Shown here: in pieces, positions 9,506-18,291 of the stretch
Layout of the letters: each line of letters begins with the position of its first letter
How positions within the stretch are numbered: position 1 is the stretch's first letter
Origin: Patescibacteria group bacterium
Lineage (GTDB): Bacteria > Patescibacteriota > Minisyncoccia > UBA6257 > HR35
Reading direction: 5' to 3'
Length of the DNA stretch: 32,000 nt
Assembly: GCA_023480925.1 (NCBI GenBank)
Contig: JAMCWY010000022.1
Location: 2,986 to 34,985, forward strand
Made by a program: the position numbers and the translations under genes
The notes under the pieces: model-generated
What the model was told of the DNA's origin: nothing
The model's input: the letters and a program-made list of their open reading frames with translations, nothing else
Database searches by the model: none

Positions 9506-9615
9506 TGTTTTTATTTTTTAAAATGGAATAATTTTTAAACCCCTAATTATTTTATTAAATTTTTTTTCTAAATCAAGGCCACTAACTAATTTTTCACGCC
9601 CGCTTTATTAAACCC

Positions 9616-9858
9616 TTAGGGGCTTGTCGGGGTTTTGACAAAACTTATGACAATCGCGGGGATGGCATTGGCTAAAAACAAAAGGGCTAAACCGGTCAGA
9701 ACGATCATTAGGGCCTTACTTAAACCGCTCCAATTTCTGGCTTTGACTGAATAAGTCAGATTAATGCCCAACCAAACCAAAATAACAACCGCGCCGGCCA
9801 GACTAATAAGAAAAATAAAATTTTTAATCCTGATTAAAATATCAATCGCGTTAGCCAT
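9616..9858 (-). CDS. Small two-TM membrane protein, 80 aa (architecture reminiscent of T4SS-type pilins; function unknown)
   Basis: Two hydrophobic helices (FIFLISLAGAVVILVWLGI and ALMIVLTGLALLFLANAIPAIVI) flank a short polar loop YSVKARNWSGLSK. It lies 44 nt downstream of the cysteine desulfurase gene. Confidence 0.5.
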   Translation of the reverse strand: MANAIDILIRIKNFIFLISLAGAVVILVWLGINLTYSVKARNWSGLSKALMIVLTGLALLFLANAIPAIVISFVKTPTSP

Positions 9859-9902
9859 AACTGTCTGACAGTATTTTGTTTATTCTTATATATTTTAACA
9901 AA

Positions 9903-11096
9903 TTAACGCTGATTATTAAACTTGGCCGCTCTGTTTAAAAAAACTTCAATTAACCCAACGGTTCGATCAATTTCTTTTTTTGTTGTCGACCGGCCAAATG
10001 AAAACCGGAGACTGCGTCTAGCTCGTTCCGACGAGTTGAATTGGCTATAAACCGTCGGGCTTGGAATTGGCGCGCGAGCCTTACAGGCCATACCCGCTGA
10101 AACAAAAACGTTGTTTTGGTCCAAAAAAATCATCAGGTCGCGAGCCTCGGCTCTAGGCAGATAAATATTCAAAATCTTGGCCGAGGAGTTAACTAACTGA
10201 TGATTTAGTTCAAAATCAATCTTGGTTGAATTTAAACGTTCGATTAAATAACTTCTGATCCGATCGAGCTTAGGTCTCGTCTGGTCCAGCTCGTTCTGGC
10301 TCAATTCTAAAGCTGTAGCCAAACCGACAACCGCGGCCACATTCTCGGTTCCGGCTCGACGGCCAAACTCCTGGTCCGAACCGGACAGCAACCGAACTAG
10401 TTTAATTTTTTGGTTTAAGACTAAGGCGCCTGCGCCTTTAAGTCCGCCGATCTTGTGGCCAGACAAAGTCAAACCGTCAAGCCCAAGCGCCCCAATCGAG
10501 ATCCTTTCCGTCGTGGCGGCCTGGCTAACATCGCTGTGAAAAATAATTTTAACTTCGCTGCTTTGATTGATTGTTCCAATCCCTTCGGCGATTTTTTTAA
10601 TTTCTTGAATCACGCCCGTCTCGCTATTAACCAGATGAATCGAAATCAAAATTGTGTTTGGCCTAATCACTCGTTCGATCCCCGACCACGAAATTAAACC
10701 AGACCGATCCGGCTTAATTAAAGAAAGATGAATCTGGCCGAGTCGTTCCAACTCCTTCATTGTTTCGACGACCGATGGATGGTCGATCTCGCTTGAAATT
10801 AAGTGCGGTATTTTCTTAAATCGGCCAAGGTAATCAAAAACCAAACCTTTGATGATTAAGTTGTTCGCCTCGGTCGCCGAACTGACAAAAATAATCTCGT
10901 TTAAAGACCGCGCCTCGACAACTGTCTGAATCTTGACCCGAGCCTGGTCCAACGCCGCCAACGCCTCTTGGCCAAGCCGATGAAGACTTGAAGGATTACC
11001 AAAAGATCGGCCAAAAAACTTCGCCGTTGCCGATTTAACCTCGAGCCGAACCGGCGCGGTCGAAGCGTAATCAAGATAAATAAAATCGCCTGACAT
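9903..11096 (-). CDS. Cysteine desulfurase, class V aminotransferase (NifS/IscS family), 397 aa
   Basis: PLP-lysine context LTLSGHKIGGLKGAGALV, catalytic-Cys loop VSAGMAC, N-terminal YLDYASTAP...GNPSSLH. Confidence 0.85.
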   Translation of the reverse strand: MSGDFIYLDYASTAPVRLEVKSATAKFFGRSFGNPSSLHRLGQEALAALDQARVKIQTVVEARSLNEIIFVSSATEANNLIIKGLVFDYLGRFKKIPHLISSEIDHPSVVETMKELERLGQIHLSLIKPDRSGLISWSGIERVIRPNTILISIHLVNSETGVIQEIKKIAEGIGTINQSSEVKIIFHSDVSQAATTERISIGALGLDGLTLSGHKIGGLKGAGALVLNQKIKLVRLLSGSDQEFGRRAGTENVAAVVGLATALELSQNELDQTRPKLDRIRSYLIERLNSTKIDFELNHQLVNSSAKILNIYLPRAEARDLMIFLDQNNVFVSAGMACKARAPIPSPTVYSQFNSSERARRSLRFSFGRSTTKKEIDRTVGLIEVFLNRAAKFNNQR

Positions 11097-11126
11097 TTTT
11101 AAGATCTTAAACCGCCACCGGTGAAA

Positions 11127-12800
11127 TTAATTTGAAACGATCGGGCCTGTTACTCGTTCAACCTCGTCAATTGTCGTCACACCTAAAAGTATCTTAATAA
11201 TCGCGTCCTGTTGAAGCGAAACAAATCCTTCTTTTTTAATCTGAGCCAATAAATCCGCCTCGGTCATCTCGCCGTATATAATTTTTTCAACCGCCGGCGT
11301 GATTTTAATAAATTCAAAAACGCCGATTCGACCCTTATAGCCGGTTTTAAGACAGTAATCGCAGCCAACCGCTTTGACGAGTTTGATTTTTTCTAAATCA
11401 AGAGAGCTTTTCACGACCGGGCCCAGATCGGCTAGACTTAATTTGATCCGCTCGACTATTTTTTGATCCGGCCGATATTCTTGCCGGCACCTGGGACAGA
11501 CTTTTCGGACTAAGCGCTGGGCGACGATCAGCCTTAGGCTCGGCGGAATCAGAGTTTTGTCAACGCCAAGTTCGATTAAGCGCGGCATCGCTCCGAGCGA
11601 GTTGTTGGTATGAAGAGTGGAAAGAACAAGGTGGCCGGTCAAGGCCGCCTGGATTGCCGTTTCGGCCGTATCATGATCACGAACCTCGCCAACTAAAATC
11701 ACGTCCGGATCTTGACGCAAGGCGGAACGCAAACCATTGGCAAAGGTGTAACCTTCGCGAACATTAACCTGCGTTTGAGAAATGCCTTCGAGTTGGTATT
11801 CAACCGGGTCTTCAATCGTAACGATTTTTATCTCCGGCCTTTTCAACATATTTAAAATTGAATAAAGCGTTGTTGTCTTACCTGAGCCGGTTGGACCAGT
11901 ATTTAAAATCAACCCATTGGGCAACTTAATCGTGGTCTTAACCAACTCCAAATCATCCGGACGAAAACCAAGTTCGTTTAAGTTTAAAAGGACGGATTTA
12001 ACGTTTAAGATTCTCATCACGATCGTTTCGGCGTGAATTCCCGGCACGACCGAAACCCTAACATCAAGCAAGTCGTCTTTTAAATTTATGGCGAAGCGAC
12101 CATCTTGGGCTCGATCCGACACATCTAAAAACATCCCGGCCGCCAGTTTAATCCGGTTTTTAATCAATCTGTAAACTTTAAGAGGAATTTCGGCAACCTG
12201 GTATAAAATTCCGTCAATTCGAAACTTGAGATTAACTCGATCCTCTTCTGGTTCAAAATGAATGTCTGACGCGCCAAAAATAAAAGCGCCGGCCAGGACG
12301 TAATCAAGGATATCGAACGGATTCGACTCAGTACTTGTTTCAATCTTAGATTTAATCTCGGCGATCGTTTTCACGCCCTCAATCGCGGCCAAAAGCTTCT
12401 CTGGGCTAATCTCTAGTGTTTCCAAGTATTTGACGCTTTTGCTTTGGCTAAAGTGATAAACCGGCCAAACCGACTCAAGACTATTAAGCGAAATAATTCC
12501 AACCTCGAGCCGGTACCCGGCCTGTTTTAATTTTTCCAAATAATTTTTTACTTTCAAATCGTCGGGGTTGTAGACGCCCACAATAAGAACGCCGGCTTCT
12601 TTTTTGATCGGCGCGATTTTTAGTTCTCTGGAATCGGCTTCGGGGATTAAACGTAAAATATCGGGAGCCGGCTTTCGTAATTCCAAATCAAAATATTTTA
12701 AACCAAGACTCTGGGCCAGGGCCTGAGCCAGTTCTTCCGCTTCGGTTTTCTTTAGTTTGATAAAATAATCATTAAGATTTAGTTGATCTTGGTCGGCCAT
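11127..12800 (-). CDS. Second PilB/GspE-family secretion ATPase paralog, 557 aa
   Basis: T2SSE_N-like N-terminus. Walker A GPTGSGKTTT, ILVGEVRD, VLSTLHTN. Tetracysteine CPRC...CDYC followed by GYKGRIGVFE. Confidence 0.9.
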   Translation of the reverse strand: MADQDQLNLNDYFIKLKKTEAEELAQALAQSLGLKYFDLELRKPAPDILRLIPEADSRELKIAPIKKEAGVLIVGVYNPDDLKVKNYLEKLKQAGYRLEVGIISLNSLESVWPVYHFSQSKSVKYLETLEISPEKLLAAIEGVKTIAEIKSKIETSTESNPFDILDYVLAGAFIFGASDIHFEPEEDRVNLKFRIDGILYQVAEIPLKVYRLIKNRIKLAAGMFLDVSDRAQDGRFAINLKDDLLDVRVSVVPGIHAETIVMRILNVKSVLLNLNELGFRPDDLELVKTTIKLPNGLILNTGPTGSGKTTTLYSILNMLKRPEIKIVTIEDPVEYQLEGISQTQVNVREGYTFANGLRSALRQDPDVILVGEVRDHDTAETAIQAALTGHLVLSTLHTNNSLGAMPRLIELGVDKTLIPPSLRLIVAQRLVRKVCPRCRQEYRPDQKIVERIKLSLADLGPVVKSSLDLEKIKLVKAVGCDYCLKTGYKGRIGVFEFIKITPAVEKIIYGEMTEADLLAQIKKEGFVSLQQDAIIKILLGVTTIDEVERVTGPIVSN

Positions 12801-12822
12801 CCTTTAAATTTGATTAATTTAA

Positions 12823-12852
12823 TTGTCTCGTTTAAATATAACCAGTTATAAT
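12823..12852 (+). promoter_or_regulatory. Candidate sigma70-type promoter for the PBP gene: TTGTCT-18 nt-TATAAT, with the -10 ending 6 nt before the ATG (possible leaderless mRNA)
   Basis: ttgtct at 12823-12828 and a perfect tataat at 12847-12852. The ATG is at 12859. Pattern match only. Confidence 0.3.
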
Positions 12853-12858
12853 TATTTT

Positions 12859-14961
12859 ATGGCAAGAATAAAAAAAATAAAAAAAATTCGAATCGCCAAC
12901 CTAACTAAAAATATTCTTTTTTTAATCGGCATTCTTTCTTTTAGCCTCGTTTCTTTTTTTATCCTCTACGTTTCTCTCTCGTCTTTGAACCTACCGCCGA
13001 TCGATCTAGTTGGCCAAAAACTCGCTGGCGGCGGCACTCGGATTTACGATCGAACCGGGAATGTTTTGCTTTATGACATTGGCAGCCGTCGTTACTGGGT
13101 CAACTATAATCAGATTCCGAAAAACGTCGTCATCTCGATTCTGGCGGCGGAAGATAGCGGTTTTTTTTACAACCCCGGCATCAGTCTCAAAGGCATAGTC
13201 CGGTCCGCCTGGCTTGACCTAAAAACGATGAGTTTTCAATATGGCGGCTCGACCATCACCCAACAACTCGTCCGCAATCTTTTTCTAACCGACCAAAAAA
13301 CACTGGTTCGAAAAATCGAGGAAATTATTTTGGCGCTTGAATTTGAAAAAAAGTACACCAAAGAAGAAATTTTAACGATGTACTTAAACGCGATAAGTTT
13401 CGGCGAAGACAATTACGGTGTCAAGGCGGCGGCTGATTTTTATTTCGGCAAGGATCTTAAAGATCTCAGTCTAGGCGAAGCAGCGACTCTGGCCGCCATC
13501 CCAAACGCGCCCTCGTATTATGATCCGGACATCCCCGGTAATTACAACCGATTAATCGAACGCCGCAACTTTATTCTTAAACATCTTCTCGATCTTGGTT
13601 GGATTAACCAGACCCAATACCAAACGGCCGTAAGTGAAAAGATTAAAACTATCCCGCGGCGATACGTTCGAATGGCCGCGCCTCATTTCGTTTTAGAGGT
13701 CAAAAGTATTTTGGAAAAAATGTTTCCGGGCGTCGATCTTAGCACCGCCGGCCTAAAAGTCATCACCACGCTCGACTACAACGACCAAAAAATAGCCGAG
13801 GCGGCGGTCCAAGCCGGCGTAATTAATAACGAAAAACTTTATAAGGGCGACAATGCCAGCCTCTTAATGATGGACAATCGCACCGGTGAAATCTTGGCCA
13901 TGGTTGGTTCAGTCGATTTTAATAACAACGCCATTGACGGACAGGTTAATATGACTATTTGGCCGCGCCAACCCGGTTCGGCTTTTAAGCCCATTTCTTA
14001 TGTCACTCTCTTCCAACTTGGTTATCCAATCGACACAATTGTTTTCGATTTGCCGACAAATTTCGGCACGGCCCAAGATCCTTATCAACCGAAAAATTTT
14101 GACCACCGCTATCTCGGTCCCGTCAGTCTCCCAATCGCCCTTGACCAATCTCGAAACGTTCCGTCGGTAAAAGTTTTTTACTTGGCCGGACCGGATCGTG
14201 TCATTGAAAACGCGAGAAAATTTGGCTTAACCACGATTAAAAATTACAGCCACTATGGTCTTTCTCTCGGTCTTGGCACCGCACCGGTCAGAATGATTGA
14301 TATGATTCGCGTCTACGGCGTTTTTGCCGACGATGGCAATTTAGTCAGTCAAACCTTAATTAAAAAAATCACTAACGCCCAAAACGACGTCATCTACCAA
14401 TACAAACCAAACCTGACCCGAGTCATCGACAGCCAACCCGTCAGAATGCTGAATAAAATTCTTAGCGACATTAAAGATAAAGCCGGACTCTTTCAAAGTA
14501 GCCTTAATTTGGTTCAAATCCCAGGTTACCAAATTGCCCTCAAAACCGGCACGACCGATAATTATCGCGACGCTTGGACATTTGGTTACACGCCCGACTT
14601 CACTGTCGCGGTTTGGGCCGGCAACACCAATGGTCAACCAATGGAACCGGGCGGCATCAGCATCTTGGCCGCCCTGCCGATTTGGCACGACTTCGTCTCG
14701 CAAGTAATCAAAAATTTTCCCGCCAACACCTTTCCCCAACCCCTACCCATTGAAACAACCAAACCAATGCTTGACGGCAGCTGGTTGACGCCATCCGGCA
14801 TCCATAATATTCTTTATTACGTTAATCCAAACGATCCCCTTGGGCCGGCGCCAACCAACCCCGCCGACAATCCTCAGTACCTCAACTGGGAAGAGCCAGT
14901 CCAAAACTGGGCTAGGTCTCTAATTGAGAAAAAATCTGGCTTTCCGGGAAATAATTTTTAA
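12859..14961 (+). CDS. Class A penicillin-binding protein (bifunctional GT51 glycosyltransferase / transpeptidase)
   Basis: GT51 motifs EDSGFFYNPGISLKG, GGSTITQQLVRN, RKIEEIILALEFEKKYTKEEILTMYLN. Transpeptidase motifs SAFKP (SxxK), SRN, KTGTT. N-terminal TM anchor. The ORF track begins at TTG 12823; the ATG at 12859 (MARIKKIKK) is preferred. Confidence 0.9.
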   Translation: MARIKKIKKIRIANLTKNILFLIGILSFSLVSFFILYVSLSSLNLPPIDLVGQKLAGGGTRIYDRTGNVLLYDIGSRRYWVNYNQIPKNVVISILAAEDSGFFYNPGISLKGIVRSAWLDLKTMSFQYGGSTITQQLVRNLFLTDQKTLVRKIEEIILALEFEKKYTKEEILTMYLNAISFGEDNYGVKAAADFYFGKDLKDLSLGEAATLAAIPNAPSYYDPDIPGNYNRLIERRNFILKHLLDLGWINQTQYQTAVSEKIKTIPRRYVRMAAPHFVLEVKSILEKMFPGVDLSTAGLKVITTLDYNDQKIAEAAVQAGVINNEKLYKGDNASLLMMDNRTGEILAMVGSVDFNNNAIDGQVNMTIWPRQPGSAFKPISYVTLFQLGYPIDTIVFDLPTNFGTAQDPYQPKNFDHRYLGPVSLPIALDQSRNVPSVKVFYLAGPDRVIENARKFGLTTIKNYSHYGLSLGLGTAPVRMIDMIRVYGVFADDGNLVSQTLIKKITNAQNDVIYQYKPNLTRVIDSQPVRMLNKILSDIKDKAGLFQSSLNLVQIPGYQIALKTGTTDNYRDAWTFGYTPDFTVAVWAGNTNGQPMEPGGISILAALPIWHDFVSQVIKNFPANTFPQPLPIETTKPMLDGSWLTPSGIHNILYYVNPNDPLGPAPTNPADNPQYLNWEEPVQNWARSLIEKKSGFPGNNF

Positions 14962-15127
14962 CGATTAGACTAATTTCTTTAAAAACCAAATTATCAAACT
15001 TGCCTTTAAGATAAATATTGTCGCCCTTAAATTGGATCTTTAGTTCAAGTTTTGGATATCTTGATTTTATCTCCTCGACGCACCTTAAAATTCTTGGTTT
15101 AAAAAAAAATGGTTTTATTAAAGCCAT
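14912..15127 (-). CDS. Small hypothetical protein coupled to dnaN, 71 aa (speculative DUF721/DciA-like)
   Basis: The ATG overlaps the dnaN TAA stop (TAATG at 15125-15129). The 3' end overlaps the convergent PBP gene by 50 nt. No firm motif. Confidence 0.45.
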   Translation of the reverse strand: MALIKPFFFKPRILRCVEEIKSRYPKLELKIQFKGDNIYLKGKFDNLVFKEISLIVKNYFPESQIFSQLET

Positions 15128-16257
15128 TAAAGCGGCATTAAAACATAAAGAAAATCATCATCGATTGGCGATTTAATCAAGATTGGCTTAGGGCTACCCT
15201 GATCGGAAAAATTAAACCCGATCAAAACTTTCTCAGTCGAAACCGATTCCAAGCCGTCTCTAAAAAAGTCGACGTTAATTGAGATGTTAAAGTTTTCATT
15301 CTCCATTAGTGTGTTTTCTTTTATCTCCGTCTCGATTAAATTTTTTGACTCGCCCAACAGGTCGTTTTTTGAATAAAGTTCAATTTTTTTTATTTTAGGC
15401 GTAATCGTTAATTTTATTTCTTTATTTTGATCGACAAAAATTTTATTCAGCTTCAATTTTTCATCAATCTCGTCTCGATTAACCAAACAAATTAATGAAA
15501 AAATTTCCGGCAGAATCTGTTGATAGTTAGGATACTCGACCGCCGTCACTTTAGTAATTAAACTCTGGTCGCCCAAGTCAAAAACGACCTGATCTTCTTC
15601 AAGGCAAATTTTTGTCTCTCGGGGTTTTTCTTTTACACTTAAATATTCTTGAATAATTTTTTTGGGTATTAATATTTTTTTTGATTTTATGTTTGTTTTA
15701 AAAAAACTCGATTTTAATTTGACCTCAGCCAAACGGATCGTGTCTGTCGTCACTAATTTTAATAAATCGTGTTCCAACCATAAATAAACGCCATCAAATT
15801 CAGGTTTAAAAATATCGGCGGTTCGAAGAGGCGCCATCACCCTGATCAAAAAATCCGCGAATAAAACAGAATCAATTTCAATAAACTTATCCGAGTTGAA
15901 GTTTTGGTTGATGGGATAGTCTTCGTGGCTTAAGGTGGGCAAACTTGAAAAACTTTCGCGACCTTTTATGATAATAGTGCTGTTATTAACTTCCAATTCA
16001 ACCTCTTCTTCAAAAAAATTACTAATAATCGCGAAAAATTGTTTGGCCGGAATTAAAACTTCGCCGGTTTTAACCACATCAGCTTTTAATTTGGCTTGAT
16101 AGGAAATTTCAAGATCAGTCGCGTTAATTTGGATTGTATTATTTTCCGCTTTTAAGCGAAAGAAATTAAGTATTTCCAAGTCGCCCTTTTTTCCAGTGAT
16201 ACGATTGACGATTTCAATCAAATTTTTTAATTTGTTCTTATTAACTTTTAGATTCAT
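15127..16257 (-). CDS. dnaN: DNA polymerase III beta sliding clamp, 376 aa
   Basis: Position directly downstream of dnaA, typical size, and typical N-terminus (L..I..V.R........IL....L.A......I.ATDLEIS). Confidence 0.85.
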   Translation of the reverse strand: MNLKVNKNKLKNLIEIVNRITGKKGDLEILNFFRLKAENNTIQINATDLEISYQAKLKADVVKTGEVLIPAKQFFAIISNFFEEEVELEVNNSTIIIKGRESFSSLPTLSHEDYPINQNFNSDKFIEIDSVLFADFLIRVMAPLRTADIFKPEFDGVYLWLEHDLLKLVTTDTIRLAEVKLKSSFFKTNIKSKKILIPKKIIQEYLSVKEKPRETKICLEEDQVVFDLGDQSLITKVTAVEYPNYQQILPEIFSLICLVNRDEIDEKLKLNKIFVDQNKEIKLTITPKIKKIELYSKNDLLGESKNLIETEIKENTLMENENFNISINVDFFRDGLESVSTEKVLIGFNFSDQGSPKPILIKSPIDDDFLYVLMPL

Positions 16258-16401
16258 TTATTATTTAATAATACTTTATTAATATAAATAATAATTATAG
16301 ACGCTGTGAATATGGGGATAATATTAAAACTATTTAAATGTTAGTTAAATTTATTTTTTAGTTTTTAAAACATCTATAAATCGGGTTGATAAGGTGTTTA
16401 A
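16258..16401. promoter_or_regulatory. Candidate oriC segment: AT-rich dnaA-dnaN spacer with DnaA-box-like 9-mers
   Basis: Against TGTGGATAA: tggggataa at 16313-16321 (1 mismatch), tgtgaatat at 16305-16313 (2 mismatches), ggttgataa at 16384-16392 (2 mismatches). These are flanked by nearly pure A/T runs (16261-16300, 16321-16370) that could act as a DUE. Confidence 0.45.
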
Positions 16402-17772
16402 TTATAATTCTAAAATCTTTGTCCTCAAGATTTCCACTTCTTGGCTAAGTTCGATATTGGTGTTAAGTTCTTTAACGATTTTTTCGCAAGAATAAATAAT
16501 TGTGGTGTGATCGCGATTACTTAAAACTTCGCCGATCGAAACGTAAGACATCTTGCCCAGGTCGCGCAAAAGGTACATAACAACCTGGCGAGGTTTAATA
16601 ATATTAACCTTTCTTGATTTCTTCAACATGTCTGTTTCTTGAATATTGTAAAAATCGGAGACGATCTTGATAATCTTTTGCGGAGTAATTTTTCGATAAA
16701 GTTGCGTCAGATAATCCTTTAAAATCTCGTTGATTCGTTCTTCGGTGATTGTTTCAATTTTTTTCTCTTTAATAACATAAACGACTAAATTTAACGCTCC
16801 TTCCAGTTCTCTGATATTCCGATTTATTTTTTTCGCGATTAGTTCAAGTATCTCGTTGTCCAAAAGAAAGCCCTTTTCTTGGCACTTTATTTTGAGAATA
16901 GCCAATCTTGTTTCAAGGTCGGGCGTGGTGATGTCTATAATTAGGCCGCCTTCAAATCGGGATCGAAGCCTTTGTTCGATGTCGGGGATTAAGGCCGGCG
17001 GCCGATCAGAAGAGAAGACAATTTGTTTCGAGGCGTTGTAGATGAAATTAAAGGTATGAAAAAGTTCTTCTTGTGACTTGGTTTTGCCTGAAAAAAACTG
17101 GGTGTCGTCAACGATTAAAAAATCAAGGCCTCGAAATTTCAACTTAAACTCGTCAATCGAGTTGTTTTTAAGCGAATCAATTAGTTCGTTCGTGAACTGT
17201 TCGCTTGTGATATATTTAACCTTTTTGTCTTTGTGGTTTTTTAAAATTTCATTGCCGATTGATTGAAGCAAATGAGTTTTACCCAAACCCACTCCGCCAT
17301 AGATAAAGAGAGGATTAACTTTGGCCGAGGAGTCGTTGACAATGCCTTGGGCGGCGGCAAAGGCCAATTCATTATTCCCGCCCACGACGAAATTATCAAA
17401 GCGATAACGATGATTAAGATTGGTTGAAGGATCAGCCTCAAAGAGGCTGGTTTTTTTGTAATAACTAAAAGTTTTTTGGGATTGGCTAATTTTGGTCGTG
17501 GTTTTAAGCCGTTCCTCGATTAAAACATAATCGATTTTTTCCAACTCGGGGATAAAACTTTTGGCCGCCTTTAAAAGAGTGTAATGAAGTTTTTGCTCAA
17601 CCCAAAACTTAACCATCTTATTGGGTACGTTTAACTTTAAAACACCGTCGCTAAAGCTAACCGGTCGAATTTCACTGAACCAAGTTTTAATTGTTGGCCG
17701 GCTCGTCTGTCCCCCTAGTTCATTAATCGTCTTGTTCCAAATTTCATTTAAACTTGCTTCGGTTATGTCCAT
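16402..17772 (-). CDS. dnaA: Chromosomal replication initiator protein DnaA, 456 aa
   Basis: AAA+ Walker A GGVGLGKTHLLQ, Walker B LIVDDTQF, sensor/box VII region, and a C-terminal DNA-binding domain (...RQVVMYLLRDL...SIGEVL.NRDHTTIIYSCEKI). Confidence 0.95.
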   Translation of the reverse strand: MDITEASLNEIWNKTINELGGQTSRPTIKTWFSEIRPVSFSDGVLKLNVPNKMVKFWVEQKLHYTLLKAAKSFIPELEKIDYVLIEERLKTTTKISQSQKTFSYYKKTSLFEADPSTNLNHRYRFDNFVVGGNNELAFAAAQGIVNDSSAKVNPLFIYGGVGLGKTHLLQSIGNEILKNHKDKKVKYITSEQFTNELIDSLKNNSIDEFKLKFRGLDFLIVDDTQFFSGKTKSQEELFHTFNFIYNASKQIVFSSDRPPALIPDIEQRLRSRFEGGLIIDITTPDLETRLAILKIKCQEKGFLLDNEILELIAKKINRNIRELEGALNLVVYVIKEKKIETITEERINEILKDYLTQLYRKITPQKIIKIVSDFYNIQETDMLKKSRKVNIIKPRQVVMYLLRDLGKMSYVSIGEVLSNRDHTTIIYSCEKIVKELNTNIELSQEVEILRTKILEL

Positions 17773-17848
17773 GCTAAAATTTTATTACATTTTATTATAT
17801 AATATCAATAAGGTTAAAAATTAAAATAATCGATCGGATAAATTTAAA

Positions 17849-17965
17849 ATGACCAAAAAGAAAAGAAAAAGAAAGGTTGGTTTTCTGGTTCGATCAAGGA
17901 AAAAGAACGGTCGAAATATCTTAAAATCAAGGCGTCAAAAAAAGAGAAAAAAGATTAGTTCGTGA
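17849..17965 (+). CDS. rpmH: 50S ribosomal protein L34, 38 aa (short form)
   Basis: Not in the ORF track (<60 aa). Hand translation gives MTKKKRKRKVGFLVRSRKKNGRNILKSRRQKKRKKISS*, which matches the L34 pattern KRKR..GF..R....NGR..L..RR.KGRK.L. The TGA stop overlaps the rnpA ATG (TGATG). Canonical rpmH-rnpA-yidC order, divergent from dnaA. Confidence 0.8.
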   Translation: MTKKKRKRKVGFLVRSRKKNGRNILKSRRQKKRKKISS

Positions 17966-18291
17966 TGTTGGCGAGAAAATTTTGTCTCAGCCGCTCGGAC
18001 CGGCTTAAGTTTGATCGCGGCTCGGAATCAGATCGAGGTAATTTTTTTAAAATTTACAGCCGCGCCAATAGTTTAAACCACGCTCGCTTCGCCGTTCAAA
18101 TCAAAAAAAACCTAATTAAAAAATCAGTTGATCGGAATAAGCTCAAAAGAAAAATTAAACAAATTTTGGAATTAGGAATTAAAAAAAACACCATTACTTC
18201 AAACCGCGACTATCTTATTTTGGCGAAAAATAACCCGATCGGATTAAGTTTCAGCCAACTCAAAGAAATTTTTACCAATGAACTTTTTTAA
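17965..18291 (+). CDS. rnpA: Ribonuclease P protein component
   Basis: Basic ~108-aa protein with the RNR-like motif KKSVDRNKLKRKIKQIL. Located between rpmH and yidC. The ORF track starts at GTG 17962; the ATG at 17965 is preferred. Confidence 0.8.
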   Translation: MLARKFCLSRSDRLKFDRGSESDRGNFFKIYSRANSLNHARFAVQIKKNLIKKSVDRNKLKRKIKQILELGIKKNTITSNRDYLILAKNNPIGLSFSQLKEIFTNELF

